A stretch of 23,589 bases of DNA from Promethearchaeati archaeon. GTDB lineage: Archaea > Asgardarchaeota > Heimdallarchaeia > JABLTI01. Shown here one piece after another: positions 1 through 8,891 of the stretch. The stretch spans positions 1-23,589 of the forward strand of contig JABLTI010000050.1 of assembly GCA_013166835.1 (NCBI GenBank). The letters are read 5' to 3'. The stretch's first letter is position 1. Every line of letters starts with the position of its first letter. Position numbers and translations under genes: made by a program. The notes beneath the pieces were generated by a model, which was given only the letters and a program-made list of their open reading frames with translations, searched no databases and had not been told where the DNA came from.

Positions 1-766
1 GACGGGTTTGTCTTCGCATATAAAACAAATATAGTAGGACTATTGTTAGAATAACAAACAACTGCAGTAAAGCAAGTGCAGCTGCTAGATTAGTTTCTCC
101 TGCTCTGTATTCTGAAAATACCTGGGTTTCTAATGTTCTAAAATAATCACCTAGAATAATGATTACCCCGAAACTGAGAAAACAGAAAACAAAAGTGAGT
201 AAAGAAGCTGTAAGAATAGGAACGAGGAAAAGTGGTAAATAAACTCTAAATAATAGGTGAAAGTTCTTACTGCCAGATGTTTTTGCAGCATCAATAATAT
301 CATTATCAAAATTTTTGTAATAAGCAGAGATGAAATGAACAAATAAAGGAATATTATAAAATGCATGAGCAAGGACAATAAGAATTAGTTGTGCTCCATT
401 AGACTCTTGTTCTCCAAAAATACTTAAAAATCCCATGCCAACCAAAACTGAAGGTAAAACAAATGGAACAGTGAAAAAAGTTAGCAAGAATTTTCTTCCT
501 TTAAAATCATACTTACCAAAGAAATACCCTATTGGAATGCCTATGATTAAAGAAACTAAAGTACTAAGAATTGCTTGAGAAAACGTGAAAGCAAATAACT
601 TGTAATATAAACCATCTCTCAAAATATTTCCAATATACTGAAAAGTAAAACCATCTCCATCCACAAAACTAGAAATTAAAACCAAAAGAAACAATACTAT
701 AAGCATAATTGGAGCTAACAAACTCATAATTCTCAATGTCTTTTTACCAGAGTGCTCCAATTTCAT
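1..766 (-). CDS. ABC transporter permease, ThiP/FbpB (thiamine/Fe3+) type; partial, runs off the left edge
   Basis: Manually translated from ATG at 766, missing from the ORF track: MKLEHSGKKTLRIMSLLAP...FTFSQAILSTLVSLIIGIPIGYFFGKYDFKGRK...TVPFVLPSVLVGMGF...VLAHAFYNIPL...DIIDAAKTSGS (EAA-like loop)...FVFCFLSFGVIIILG; multiple hydrophobic segments. Confidence 0.85.
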   Translation of the reverse strand, partial: MKLEHSGKKTLRIMSLLAPIMLIVLFLLVLISSFVDGDGFTFQYIGNILRDGLYYKLFAFTFSQAILSTLVSLIIGIPIGYFFGKYDFKGRKFLLTFFTVPFVLPSVLVGMGFLSIFGEQESNGAQLILIVLAHAFYNIPLFVHFISAYYKNFDNDIIDAAKTSGSKNFHLLFRVYLPLFLVPILTASLLTFVFCFLSFGVIIILGDYFRTLETQVFSEYRAGETNLAAALALLQLFVILTIVLLYLFYMRRQTR

Positions 767-900
767 ATTCTAAAACCATCAGTAATTATTATAACCCTAA
801 TATATTAAGGGATTATAAATTTTAAAGGTAAATATGATATATAACAAAACAATATCATATATTCAAGTGAGTAGAACAACGAAAGTAAAAGGTTTAAGCA

Positions 901-1962
901 ATGCCAACAATCGAAGTTCGAAATATCAGTAAAACATTTGAGGATTCCATTGCTATATTGGATATAAGCTTCAAATTAGATGATGGTGAGCTGATAACAC
1001 TTTTAGGTCCTAGTGGTAGCGGAAAAACAACGGTTTTACGTTTAATTGCAGGATTAATTGAATCTGATACTGGTGAAATTTTTTTTGACGGAATTGACAT
1101 CTCAAATGTTCCAACTGAGGATAGAAATATTGGTTTTGTTTTTCAATCATATGCCTTATTTCCTCATTTGACTGTTGCTGAAAACATAGCCTTTGGTTTA
1201 GAAACTAGAAAGTGGGTAAAAGAAGATATTATCTCTCGAGTTGTAGAGATGCTTGAATTAGTAGATTTAACCGGTAAAGGTAAACGGTATCCAAGAGAAT
1301 TGAGTGGGGGAGAAAAATCACGGGTTGCATTAGCTAGAGCATTAGCTCCTAAACCTTCTCTGTTACTTCTAGATGAACCACTCTCCGCACTTGATATGTC
1401 CCTTAAAGAATCTCTAAGAGATATTATAAGAGAAATTCAGCAAAAAGTTCAGGTGTCAACTATTTATGTTACACATGATCAAAAGGAAGCAATGGAAGTA
1501 TCTGATAGAATAATTCTCCTCAATGAAGGACAAATTGTTGAGTCAGGTACACCTCAAAAACTCTATCTAACTCCAAAGAGGCAATTTACTGCTGAATTCT
1601 TAGGTGTGACAAATCTTTTAGATGGTACTCTCAAGAAGAAGAAAGACCAATTCCTATTTGAAACATCATTTGGAGTTTTGGAAATTCTTACACCAAGTGA
1701 TTCTTCAATTTCTGAAGGAAAGGTAACGATTTTTCCAGAACACATCAGCATTTCAATTAAAAAAATGAATCAAACAAATGAATTCCCTGCAATAATTAAG
1801 AAATCATCTTTTGGTGGACCATATGTTGATCTAGTAGTCACTGTGAACTCTACAGATTTAGAGGTACAAATAACAAGTTCTCAGATCGATGAAATGTACA
1901 AGAAAGGTCAGAAAGTTTTCATTTGTATTCCAAAGGAGTATGTCCTCATTTTAGAAAATTAA
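901..1962 (+). CDS. ABC transporter ATP-binding subunit (PotA/FbpC/ThiQ-like, with C-terminal TOBE-like region)
   Basis: Walker A GPSGSGKT, Q-loop FQSYALFPH, signature LSGGE, Walker B LLLLDEP, H-loop VTHD. Confidence 0.93.
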   Translation: MPTIEVRNISKTFEDSIAILDISFKLDDGELITLLGPSGSGKTTVLRLIAGLIESDTGEIFFDGIDISNVPTEDRNIGFVFQSYALFPHLTVAENIAFGLETRKWVKEDIISRVVEMLELVDLTGKGKRYPRELSGGEKSRVALARALAPKPSLLLLDEPLSALDMSLKESLRDIIREIQQKVQVSTIYVTHDQKEAMEVSDRIILLNEGQIVESGTPQKLYLTPKRQFTAEFLGVTNLLDGTLKKKKDQFLFETSFGVLEILTPSDSSISEGKVTIFPEHISISIKKMNQTNEFPAIIKKSSFGGPYVDLVVTVNSTDLEVQITSSQIDEMYKKGQKVFICIPKEYVLILEN

Positions 1963-2012
1963 AAATAAAATTAGAATATGGAAATAGTTCTCTACAAGAT
2001 AGATTATTATTC

Positions 2013-2279
2013 TTATAATCTGAACAATTGTAAAGCTTCTATTTCACTAACGCCTTCAATCTTCTCTAAAATTTCTTCAAGATGATCTTGTAATCCATCT
2101 TGCTCTTTAAAATTAATGTCAACGACAAGTGCTACTAAGCCAAATGCAATCGGTCTTTCCCCGCTTGCAGTCACCTTCATATCTTCGGGGAGTGCTTTTA
2201 TAATTCGTTCTTTAATCACTGCTGGTTTTATCTCTGGATCTTCTGGTAGGATTTTGTATGTTCCAACTATTCTTGCCAA
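2013..2279 (-). CDS. ef1b: Translation elongation factor aEF-1beta
   Basis: 88 aa; KILPEDPE and PIAFGLVAL motifs, C-terminal IEGVSEIE; TTG start. Confidence 0.9.
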   Translation of the reverse strand: MARIVGTYKILPEDPEIKPAVIKERIIKALPEDMKVTASGERPIAFGLVALVVDINFKEQDGLQDHLEEILEKIEGVSEIEALQLFRL

Positions 2280-2373
2280 TTTTTTTGTCTCCGTTATAAT
2301 TGAATTTACAAATAATCTGCATTTTTGATTTCAGTCGTATTGAGTTTGCTTTAATACTCTTTCCATTTGGTAA

Positions 2374-5300
2374 TTAATTCTTAATGGGAACTATAGTAAG
2401 CACTATTTTCTTGTCATCAATTTCCCATTTTGATGTTACCCCATGCTTCACAACACCGGTTTTTATCGTTACTGAAAGTGTTTCAGTTTTTATATAATCA
2501 GCCCAAATTTCAATAGCTTCTTTTATTTCGTTATCTCCTTGGTAATAGAGTTTTATGTTTTGAGTATATTCCAAATCAGCGTCTTTTCTCATGGATTGAA
2601 CACGTCTAATAATGTCTCTAACAAGTCCTTCTTGTATTAATTCTGGTGTGAGTTCAGTGTTGATAAAAACTTGACCGCCCTCAAAAGCAGCATCTGAATA
2701 TCCATCTCTTCCGCTAGAAATGATCTCTACATGTTCCTCAAGAATCTTGAATGATCCAACTTCTGTTTCAACTGTAAAAGCTTGATTTTCCCTTAATTCT
2801 TGAGCAGCTTTATGTGCTTTCTTTCCTTTGAGATTCTTGATAGCATCACCTACATCTGGAGCATTCTGCTTGAAAGTAGGACCAAGAATTTTGAATTTTG
2901 GTTTAAAGGTATACTCAACCATTTCAGAGAGTTCAGATTGGAATGTAACTTTCTTAACATTTAGTTCTTCCATGATTTCATTCAGAAATTGTTTTGCCAT
3001 TTTTTGTTGGGGGATTGAGCATCCAACAATTAGTTCTTGAAGTGGCAATCTAACTTTAATATTCGCTTTTGCTCGTGCAGCTCTACCTGCTTCAACTATT
3101 GCGATAGAAAAGTCCATAGCTTCTTCTAATTGAGGATTAATATCTTTTGCATTTTTGGCGGGATATTCCTCAAAATGAACACTAAGATGCTTTTCTTTTT
3201 CCTTTCCTTTATACAATCTTTTTACAAGATTTTGATAAATCTCTTCAGAAGCGAAAGGAATGAATGGTGCCAGAAGCTTGCATAATGTAACAAGAGTTTC
3301 GTACAAAGTTATGAGTGCATCATTTTTGTCTTTTGTAATTTCGGAACTCCAAAATCTCCTTCGAGAGCGTCTAACATACCAATTACTCAAGTGTTCAACA
3401 ATGAATTCGTCAATAGCAGCAGCTGCTTTATGAGATTGAAATTCATCAAGATTGTTTCTTACAATGATAATTAATGAATTCAACTTCGATATTAACCATT
3501 GATCGAGAACTGATCTCTCTGTTACTTTACTAGTAATTGTTCTTGGATCAATATTGTCAATATTAATATTCGTTATAAAGAATGAATAAACATTCCACAA
3601 TGTATTAAAGAATCGTCTACGAGCATCTTCAATAATTTCTTGAGAAAACCTTGTGGGATTCCAAACAGGAGATGAAAAGAAATACCATCTCATAGGATCT
3701 GCACCAATTTTCTCGTAAACCAAGGATGGCTTGACAACGTTCCCTAAATGTTTGCTCATCTTCACTCCTTGTTTATCGAGAACATGACCCATAGTTAAAC
3801 AATTTAGAAAAGATGGTTTGTCAAATAAAGCAGTGCTAATTGCTAGCAAAGTGTAGAACCACCCTCTTGTTTGATCAATAGCTTCAGTAATAAAATCAAT
3901 TGGGAAATGATTTTCAAAATTCTCTTGATTCTCAAATGGATAATGCCATTGAGCAAATTGAGATGCACCGGATTCATACCAACAATCGATAACAAATGGT
4001 TCTCGTTTCATTTTCTTTTTACATTTCGGACAATAAAGATCGATTTCATCGATCCATGGTTGATGAAGCTCAAAATCCTCGGGGAGATCTTTTTTCATGA
4101 ATGACTTTAATTCATCAACACCACCTATACACTCGATATTACCACAAGAACAAACCCAAATCGGTAGTGGTGATCCCCAGAATCTTTCCCTGCTTAATGC
4201 CCAATCAACAATATTATCTAAGAAATCCCCAAAACGTCCATGTTTCAAATGAGCAGGAACCCAATTTATTTGTTCATTAGTAGCAAGGATATTTTCACGA
4301 AGGGTGCTCATTCTAATTAACCAAGCCTCTCGAGCATAATACATAGTAGGGGTTTTACAACGCCAACAAAAACCACTTGTGTGTTTTTCAACTTTGTCAG
4401 TCACTAAACGATTTTCTTTTCTTAGCGCTTTTAGTATGTGTTTATCTGCATCTTTAATGAACATTCCAGCCCAAGGAGTAATTTCTTCTTTGAATTTTCC
4501 ATTAGTTTCAACTGGTTGTAAAAATGGTAAATCTTTCTGGAGTGCTAACTCATAATCTTCAGGTCCAAAAGCCGGTGCAGTATGAACAATACCTGTTCCT
4601 TCCTCAGTACTTACGAAATCTGCAACTACAACTCGGAATCCTTTGTTTTTGTTTTTTGCAGGGAGTTTTGCATAAGGAATTAGTTGGATGTATTTCATTT
4701 CCTCTAATTCTTTCCCTTTTACTTTCTCGAGTATTTCATAATCTTTCTCTGGAAAAATAGCTGTTACTCTATCTTCCGCAAGATAGTAAATTTCATTCTC
4801 CCGTTTAATTTTAGCATACATAATATTCTTTCCAACAGCTAAACCAACATTGGAAATTAATGTCCATGGTGTTGTTGTCCAAGCAAGGAAATAAGTATCA
4901 GGTTGACCTTCTACACTGAATTTTACAGTAATGGATGGATCTTCTGTTTCCTTTAATCCTTGAGAATACTCATGACTACTTAGAGTTACTTCACATCTAG
5001 GACAAGATGGAATTACTTTATGTCCTTTAATGAGGAGTCCTTTCTTCCAAAGCTCCTTCAAGCTCCACCAAACAGATTCGATATAATAGTCTTCCATAGT
5101 AATGTAGGCTTTATCCATATCTATCCAGAAGCCTACGCGCTTGGTCATATCTTCCCATTCTTTTACGTACTTCATGACCGATTTTCTACACATACTATTG
5201 AACTCTTTAACACCATAATCTAAAATCTCAGGTTTGGAGTTTAATCCTAATTGTTTTTCTACTTCGATTTCTACTGGTAAACCATGACAATCCCATCCTC

Positions 5301-5556
5301 CAATAAGTGGGAAAACAAAAAAACCATCCATTGTTTTGTATCTGAGATATAAATCCTTCAAGCATCTTGTCAATACATGACCGACGTGTGGTAAACCATT
5401 CGCAGTGGGAGGTCCTTCTAAGAAGATGTATTTCTTGAGATCTTTTCTTTCCTCTCTGAGTTTATGAAATACATTCTCTTTATCCCAATATTTTAGTATG
5501 TTTTCTTCAATCTTTGGCAAGTGTACGAAAGTTTTTACTTCTTTGAAAAGAGCCAT
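2374..5556 (-). CDS. ileS: Isoleucine--tRNA ligase
   Basis: EGPPTANGLPHVGH (HIGH), GWDCHGLPVE, WTTTPWTL editing motif, DQTRGWF, KMSKH. Confidence 0.97.
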   Translation of the reverse strand: MALFKEVKTFVHLPKIEENILKYWDKENVFHKLREERKDLKKYIFLEGPPTANGLPHVGHVLTRCLKDLYLRYKTMDGFFVFPLIGGWDCHGLPVEIEVEKQLGLNSKPEILDYGVKEFNSMCRKSVMKYVKEWEDMTKRVGFWIDMDKAYITMEDYYIESVWWSLKELWKKGLLIKGHKVIPSCPRCEVTLSSHEYSQGLKETEDPSITVKFSVEGQPDTYFLAWTTTPWTLISNVGLAVGKNIMYAKIKRENEIYYLAEDRVTAIFPEKDYEILEKVKGKELEEMKYIQLIPYAKLPAKNKNKGFRVVVADFVSTEEGTGIVHTAPAFGPEDYELALQKDLPFLQPVETNGKFKEEITPWAGMFIKDADKHILKALRKENRLVTDKVEKHTSGFCWRCKTPTMYYAREAWLIRMSTLRENILATNEQINWVPAHLKHGRFGDFLDNIVDWALSRERFWGSPLPIWVCSCGNIECIGGVDELKSFMKKDLPEDFELHQPWIDEIDLYCPKCKKKMKREPFVIDCWYESGASQFAQWHYPFENQENFENHFPIDFITEAIDQTRGWFYTLLAISTALFDKPSFLNCLTMGHVLDKQGVKMSKHLGNVVKPSLVYEKIGADPMRWYFFSSPVWNPTRFSQEIIEDARRRFFNTLWNVYSFFITNINIDNIDPRTITSKVTERSVLDQWLISKLNSLIIIVRNNLDEFQSHKAAAAIDEFIVEHLSNWYVRRSRRRFWSSEITKDKNDALITLYETLVTLCKLLAPFIPFASEEIYQNLVKRLYKGKEKEKHLSVHFEEYPAKNAKDINPQLEEAMDFSIAIVEAGRAARAKANIKVRLPLQELIVGCSIPQQKMAKQFLNEIMEELNVKKVTFQSELSEMVEYTFKPKFKILGPTFKQNAPDVGDAIKNLKGKKAHKAAQELRENQAFTVETEVGSFKILEEHVEIISSGRDGYSDAAFEGGQVFINTELTPELIQEGLVRDIIRRVQSMRKDADLEYTQNIKLYYQGDNEIKEAIEIWADYIKTETLSVTIKTGVVKHGVTSKWEIDDKKIVLTIVPIKN

Positions 5557-5733
5557 TTTGTTTTGACCTCGATTATTAAAATGAAAGATAGTTGAAATCT
5601 GATTGCCTTTTTAATATTCGGAAAATCTTTGGATGCTTTAAAGGTTTTTTGATGATATAGTTTTCAATGAAACAGTCAAAATTTGACAAATTATCCGAAA
5701 CCATTATGAAATGCTTTTTCTAATATTTAGATT

Positions 5734-6006
5734 ATGTTGGAAACTAGTGAAACACAAGAAAATAGCGAAGATACTAATCCAGACAACGAATTACAATCCT
5801 ATCTTGAGCAAGAAATCTTCGTTGAACCTAAACGTAAAGTAACTTGGCGATCCTTCATAAGAATTAGTGTTTCCATGATAATTGGATTAGTTATGTATTA
5901 TGGGTTTTCAGGTACTATGATAAGAAATGCTGGTTTCTGGATAATTTTTGTTGGTGTAGGCTTATTTCTTATATCAGTTATCTTTGGATTTGAACGTGTG
6001 GATTAA
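5734..6006 (+). CDS. Hypothetical small membrane protein (acidic N-terminus, 2 predicted TM helices)
   Basis: 90-aa ORF filling the intergenic space; two hydrophobic stretches. Confidence 0.65.
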   Translation: MLETSETQENSEDTNPDNELQSYLEQEIFVEPKRKVTWRSFIRISVSMIIGLVMYYGFSGTMIRNAGFWIIFVGVGLFLISVIFGFERVD

Positions 6007-6052
6007 ACTTAGAACAAAGATTAAGAAATATAAAGAAAGAAAATATCTCATA

Positions 6053-6253
6053 TTATTTCTGAAAATCCTCTTCAGACCATGATGAGACACGAATACTCTC
6101 ACTTTTGCATTTCGGACACACAGTTCTTTGAAAAACAAGACCATCATCTTCAACTTGGATATATTCTGCTTTGTCGAATCGATGATTGCAATCATTGCAT
6201 ATGTATACATCCGGTCTCCAAACATCAGAGGTTTTCTTATCCTTCTTTGTCAT
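6053..6253 (-). CDS. Small Zn-ribbon protein (CxxC...CPxC)
   Basis: YICNDCNHRF...CPKCKSESI; ATG start. Confidence 0.7.
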   Translation of the reverse strand: MTKKDKKTSDVWRPDVYICNDCNHRFDKAEYIQVEDDGLVFQRTVCPKCKSESIRVSSWSEEDFQK

Positions 6254-6494
6254 GAATCTGCCCCAGTGATTATTAACTGTAAATATGTTCTAACGGTACC
6301 TTTAATACATTTTTTGGTTTAAAGATGTATACTTGCTGAATTTTTTTTTGAGTTCAATTTCGATTACATGATATTTCTCCTAACAATACGAATTTAAACA
6401 ATACTTAAATAAATGACAATAATTTTAAAGCAAAAAGAAATTCAAGAATTAGTCTTGAATAGAGCGTATACATATTCGGAGTTGCATAAGATCC

Positions 6495-6923
6495 ATGTCA
6501 GTATGGCGAGATAAAACTAATCGAACAATCCTAATATCCTCAATTTTCTTAGTACTTGTAATAGCACTGATTATATTCATTTCATTCTTTAATATTGATG
6601 ATAATCCATTATCACCAAGTTTAAGTTGGATATTCATTGATGGAGTAATGTTTACCTTTGTAATTTTGCTCTTCTGGGGATTGTACTTCAATATTTTGCT
6701 ATTGATTGGCAGTATTCGAGAAAAAATGAATGCTCTACCTGGTTGGGTAGAAGTAATTATTAGTATGATAATTACATTACTTCCAGCTATTTTCATAGGG
6801 AATACTGGAAATTTCTCAACTAAATGGGTTGTATTTGGTGGAACAGCTCTTGGAGTTGTATTGATAACCTTATGGTTTGTCATGTCAAGCACACCCAAAG
6901 AAGAAGCTACTGCAAAAGCATGA
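6495..6923 (+). CDS. Hypothetical membrane protein (about 4 TM helices)
   Basis: 142 aa with four hydrophobic segments; GGAG upstream of the ATG. Confidence 0.75.
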   Translation: MSVWRDKTNRTILISSIFLVLVIALIIFISFFNIDDNPLSPSLSWIFIDGVMFTFVILLFWGLYFNILLLIGSIREKMNALPGWVEVIISMIITLLPAIFIGNTGNFSTKWVVFGGTALGVVLITLWFVMSSTPKEEATAKA

Positions 6924-7119
6924 ATAGCATAGCTCTTCTCACTTCATTCTTTTATTTTACCTCTATCATTAATTTGTGTCATATCAATGACTGTATCATT
7001 GTTTTTCAGTAAAAAAAAGTTAATTTCTAATCACTCTTGAAGTAAAACTTATTTACTCATGATATTTCAAATTGACATGAAAGGCAAAAAAACCAAAAAA
7101 TCAGCCTAAACCAAGTACC

Positions 7120-7266
7120 ATAGGATGGTTTCGATCACCCTATATATTTACTCTTTCGATTGGGCTGAGTCCCTATTAACTTGCATGCTGGAATCAGCAT
7201 CCTTTTGATTCAAGCGGTGAGAAAGTATCTTTTCATTGGAAAGACCCAAGGGACAATTAAAGGGTA
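7120..7266 (+). ncRNA. Candidate structured RNA / 5' leader of the SBDS-exosome operon, family unrecognised
   Basis: UUCG-loop hairpin 7120-7143; long-range helix 7149-7162/7254-7266; GTCCCT 7169-7174 complementary to AGGGAC 7249-7254; hairpin ATGCTG-GAAT-CAGCAT 7185-7200. Confidence 0.4.
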
Positions 7267-7324
7267 TTTTTGCTTTGTAAAAACTTACTAAAAGTAAGAA
7301 AAATAGAAGTAATAGGTGAAAATT

Positions 7325-8062
7325 ATGTCCCACGATTCAGGTGAAAGACGGCAATTTATTGATCTAGAAAAGAAAGCTCTTGTTAGATATACATACCGTA
7401 ATCAGAAATTTGAAATTATCGTGGATCCCGAAGCTGCGTTGAATTACAAAAAGGGTGAAGAAATTCCAGTAAGTGATATTGTAGAAGGATACATAGTTTT
7501 TCACAACGCAACTAAAGGAGAGAAAGCTTCCGAAATAATTCTGGAACAAACTTTTGAAACTGATAGTGAAGAGGAAATTGTAAAAATTATCCTAGAGAAG
7601 GGTGCTTTACAATTAACACAAGCACAAAGAAAGAAGCTTTTGAAAGATAAGATTGATGAAATAATCAGCTTTATACATGTTCATTGTATAAATCCCCAAA
7701 CAAACAAACCACATCCACCAGCGCGTATTGAATCTGCTATGGATGAAGCTGGCGTAAACATAGATTATATTTTACCTCCAGACAAACAAGCTAAAGACAT
7801 CATTAAACAAATTCAAGCAATTATTCCAATTAGGTTAGAATCAGTTGTTTTAGCTGTTAAAGTCACACCTGACTTTACTGGTCCTGCATATGGTATTATT
7901 GCAGGAGCTGGTGAAATACTTGAAGATCAATGGGGAAATGATGGATCATGGTATGCAAAAATTGAGATGCCTTCTGGTAAACAAGCTGATTTTCTTGATA
8001 AAATTAATCAACTAACCAAGGGTAAAGCCGAAGTAAAAATTGTAGAAAGAAAAAGTGAATAA
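7325..8062 (+). CDS. sdo1: Ribosome maturation factor SBDS/Sdo1
   Basis: KFEIIVDP, LQLTQAQRKK, INPQTNKPHPPARIESAMDEAG; ATG 7325 preferred over GTG 7316 because AGGTGA is SD-like. Confidence 0.95.
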   Translation: MSHDSGERRQFIDLEKKALVRYTYRNQKFEIIVDPEAALNYKKGEEIPVSDIVEGYIVFHNATKGEKASEIILEQTFETDSEEEIVKIILEKGALQLTQAQRKKLLKDKIDEIISFIHVHCINPQTNKPHPPARIESAMDEAGVNIDYILPPDKQAKDIIKQIQAIIPIRLESVVLAVKVTPDFTGPAYGIIAGAGEILEDQWGNDGSWYAKIEMPSGKQADFLDKINQLTKGKAEVKIVERKSE

Positions 8063-8093
8063 GAAAAATTATGATAAAAAGGAGTAATAATGA

Positions 8094-8861
8094 ATGCCCG
8101 TTTTAATAAAAGATAGATCCATGGTCACTCCCGGTGAAACTATCGCTGAAGGAGAATACCTGTTAGGATCTAATGTCTATAGAAAAGAAAAACAGGTTAT
8201 CTCACAAGTAATTGGTCTTGTAACCATAAAAGATAATCACATTAGTGTTGTTTCTTTAAAAGGAAAATACTTTCCAAGAGTTGGAGATCTAGTAATAGGA
8301 AAAGTTACTGATGTCTCACTAAGTTCTTGGGTGGTAGATATAGAAAGTCCTTATCCTGGAATAATACGAACTTCATCATCTCTTGATAGAAGATTTGATC
8401 CCGTTAAAGATCAAACTAGAAAAATCTTTGATGTTGGAGATATTGTTGTCGCAAAGATTTTCTCCTTTGATAGAACACGAGATCCACAATTAACATTGAG
8501 AAATGATAATCGATCACAAAGCGGTCCATATTTAGGAAAGCTTACCGGTGGTAGAGTGATAAAAGTCAGTCCCTCTAAAATACCAAGACTCATTGGTAGA
8601 AGAGGAAGCATGATTTCAACAATCAAACAATACACTAATTGTCGCATGATAGTTGGACAAAATGGTTGTGTTTGGTTCAAAGGCAATAATTTTGAGGATG
8701 AATTTTTAGTTCTTCAAGCAATCGAGAAAATTGATCGAGAAGCTCATACTTCCGGATTGACTGATAGAGTGAAAGAATTCTTGGAAGAAATGGTTAAGGA
8801 TAGAAAACCTCCAACCAAAACTCCGAAAGAAGAGAAACCTGTTGAGGAAAAGAAAGCTTGA
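8094..8861 (+). CDS. rrp4: Exosome complex RNA-binding subunit Rrp4 (S1+KH)
   Basis: YFPRVGDLVIGKV, KIPRLIGRRGSMI, VGQNGCVW, EAHTSGLTDRV; operon context. Confidence 0.95.
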   Translation: MPVLIKDRSMVTPGETIAEGEYLLGSNVYRKEKQVISQVIGLVTIKDNHISVVSLKGKYFPRVGDLVIGKVTDVSLSSWVVDIESPYPGIIRTSSSLDRRFDPVKDQTRKIFDVGDIVVAKIFSFDRTRDPQLTLRNDNRSQSGPYLGKLTGGRVIKVSPSKIPRLIGRRGSMISTIKQYTNCRMIVGQNGCVWFKGNNFEDEFLVLQAIEKIDREAHTSGLTDRVKEFLEEMVKDRKPPTKTPKEEKPVEEKKA

Positions 8862-8891
8862 AAAGCTATTACGAATGTTTCGGTGAAAAAA

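Noticed and set aside
163-378. 71-aa minus-strand ORF in the track
   Set aside because: Alternative frame inside the real permease CDS (1-766)
894-5223. Short antisense ORFs over the ABC ATPase, EF-1beta and ileS
   Set aside because: Shadow ORFs on the opposite strand of well-supported genes, without motifs
5974-7012. ORFs 5974-6225, 6128-6322, 6449-6898 and 6824-7012
   Set aside because: Overlap the better-supported Zn-ribbon and membrane protein ORFs; no motifs
7160-7254. Resemblance to TPP (GCUGAG), Moco (GGAAAG), hammerhead (CUGA..GAAA) or RNase P RNA
   Set aside because: Only isolated short words match; the remaining conserved cores are absent
7148-7333. 61-aa minus-strand ORF across the SBDS leader
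   Set aside because: Overlaps the SBDS start, no recognisable features; the region is better explained as a structured leader
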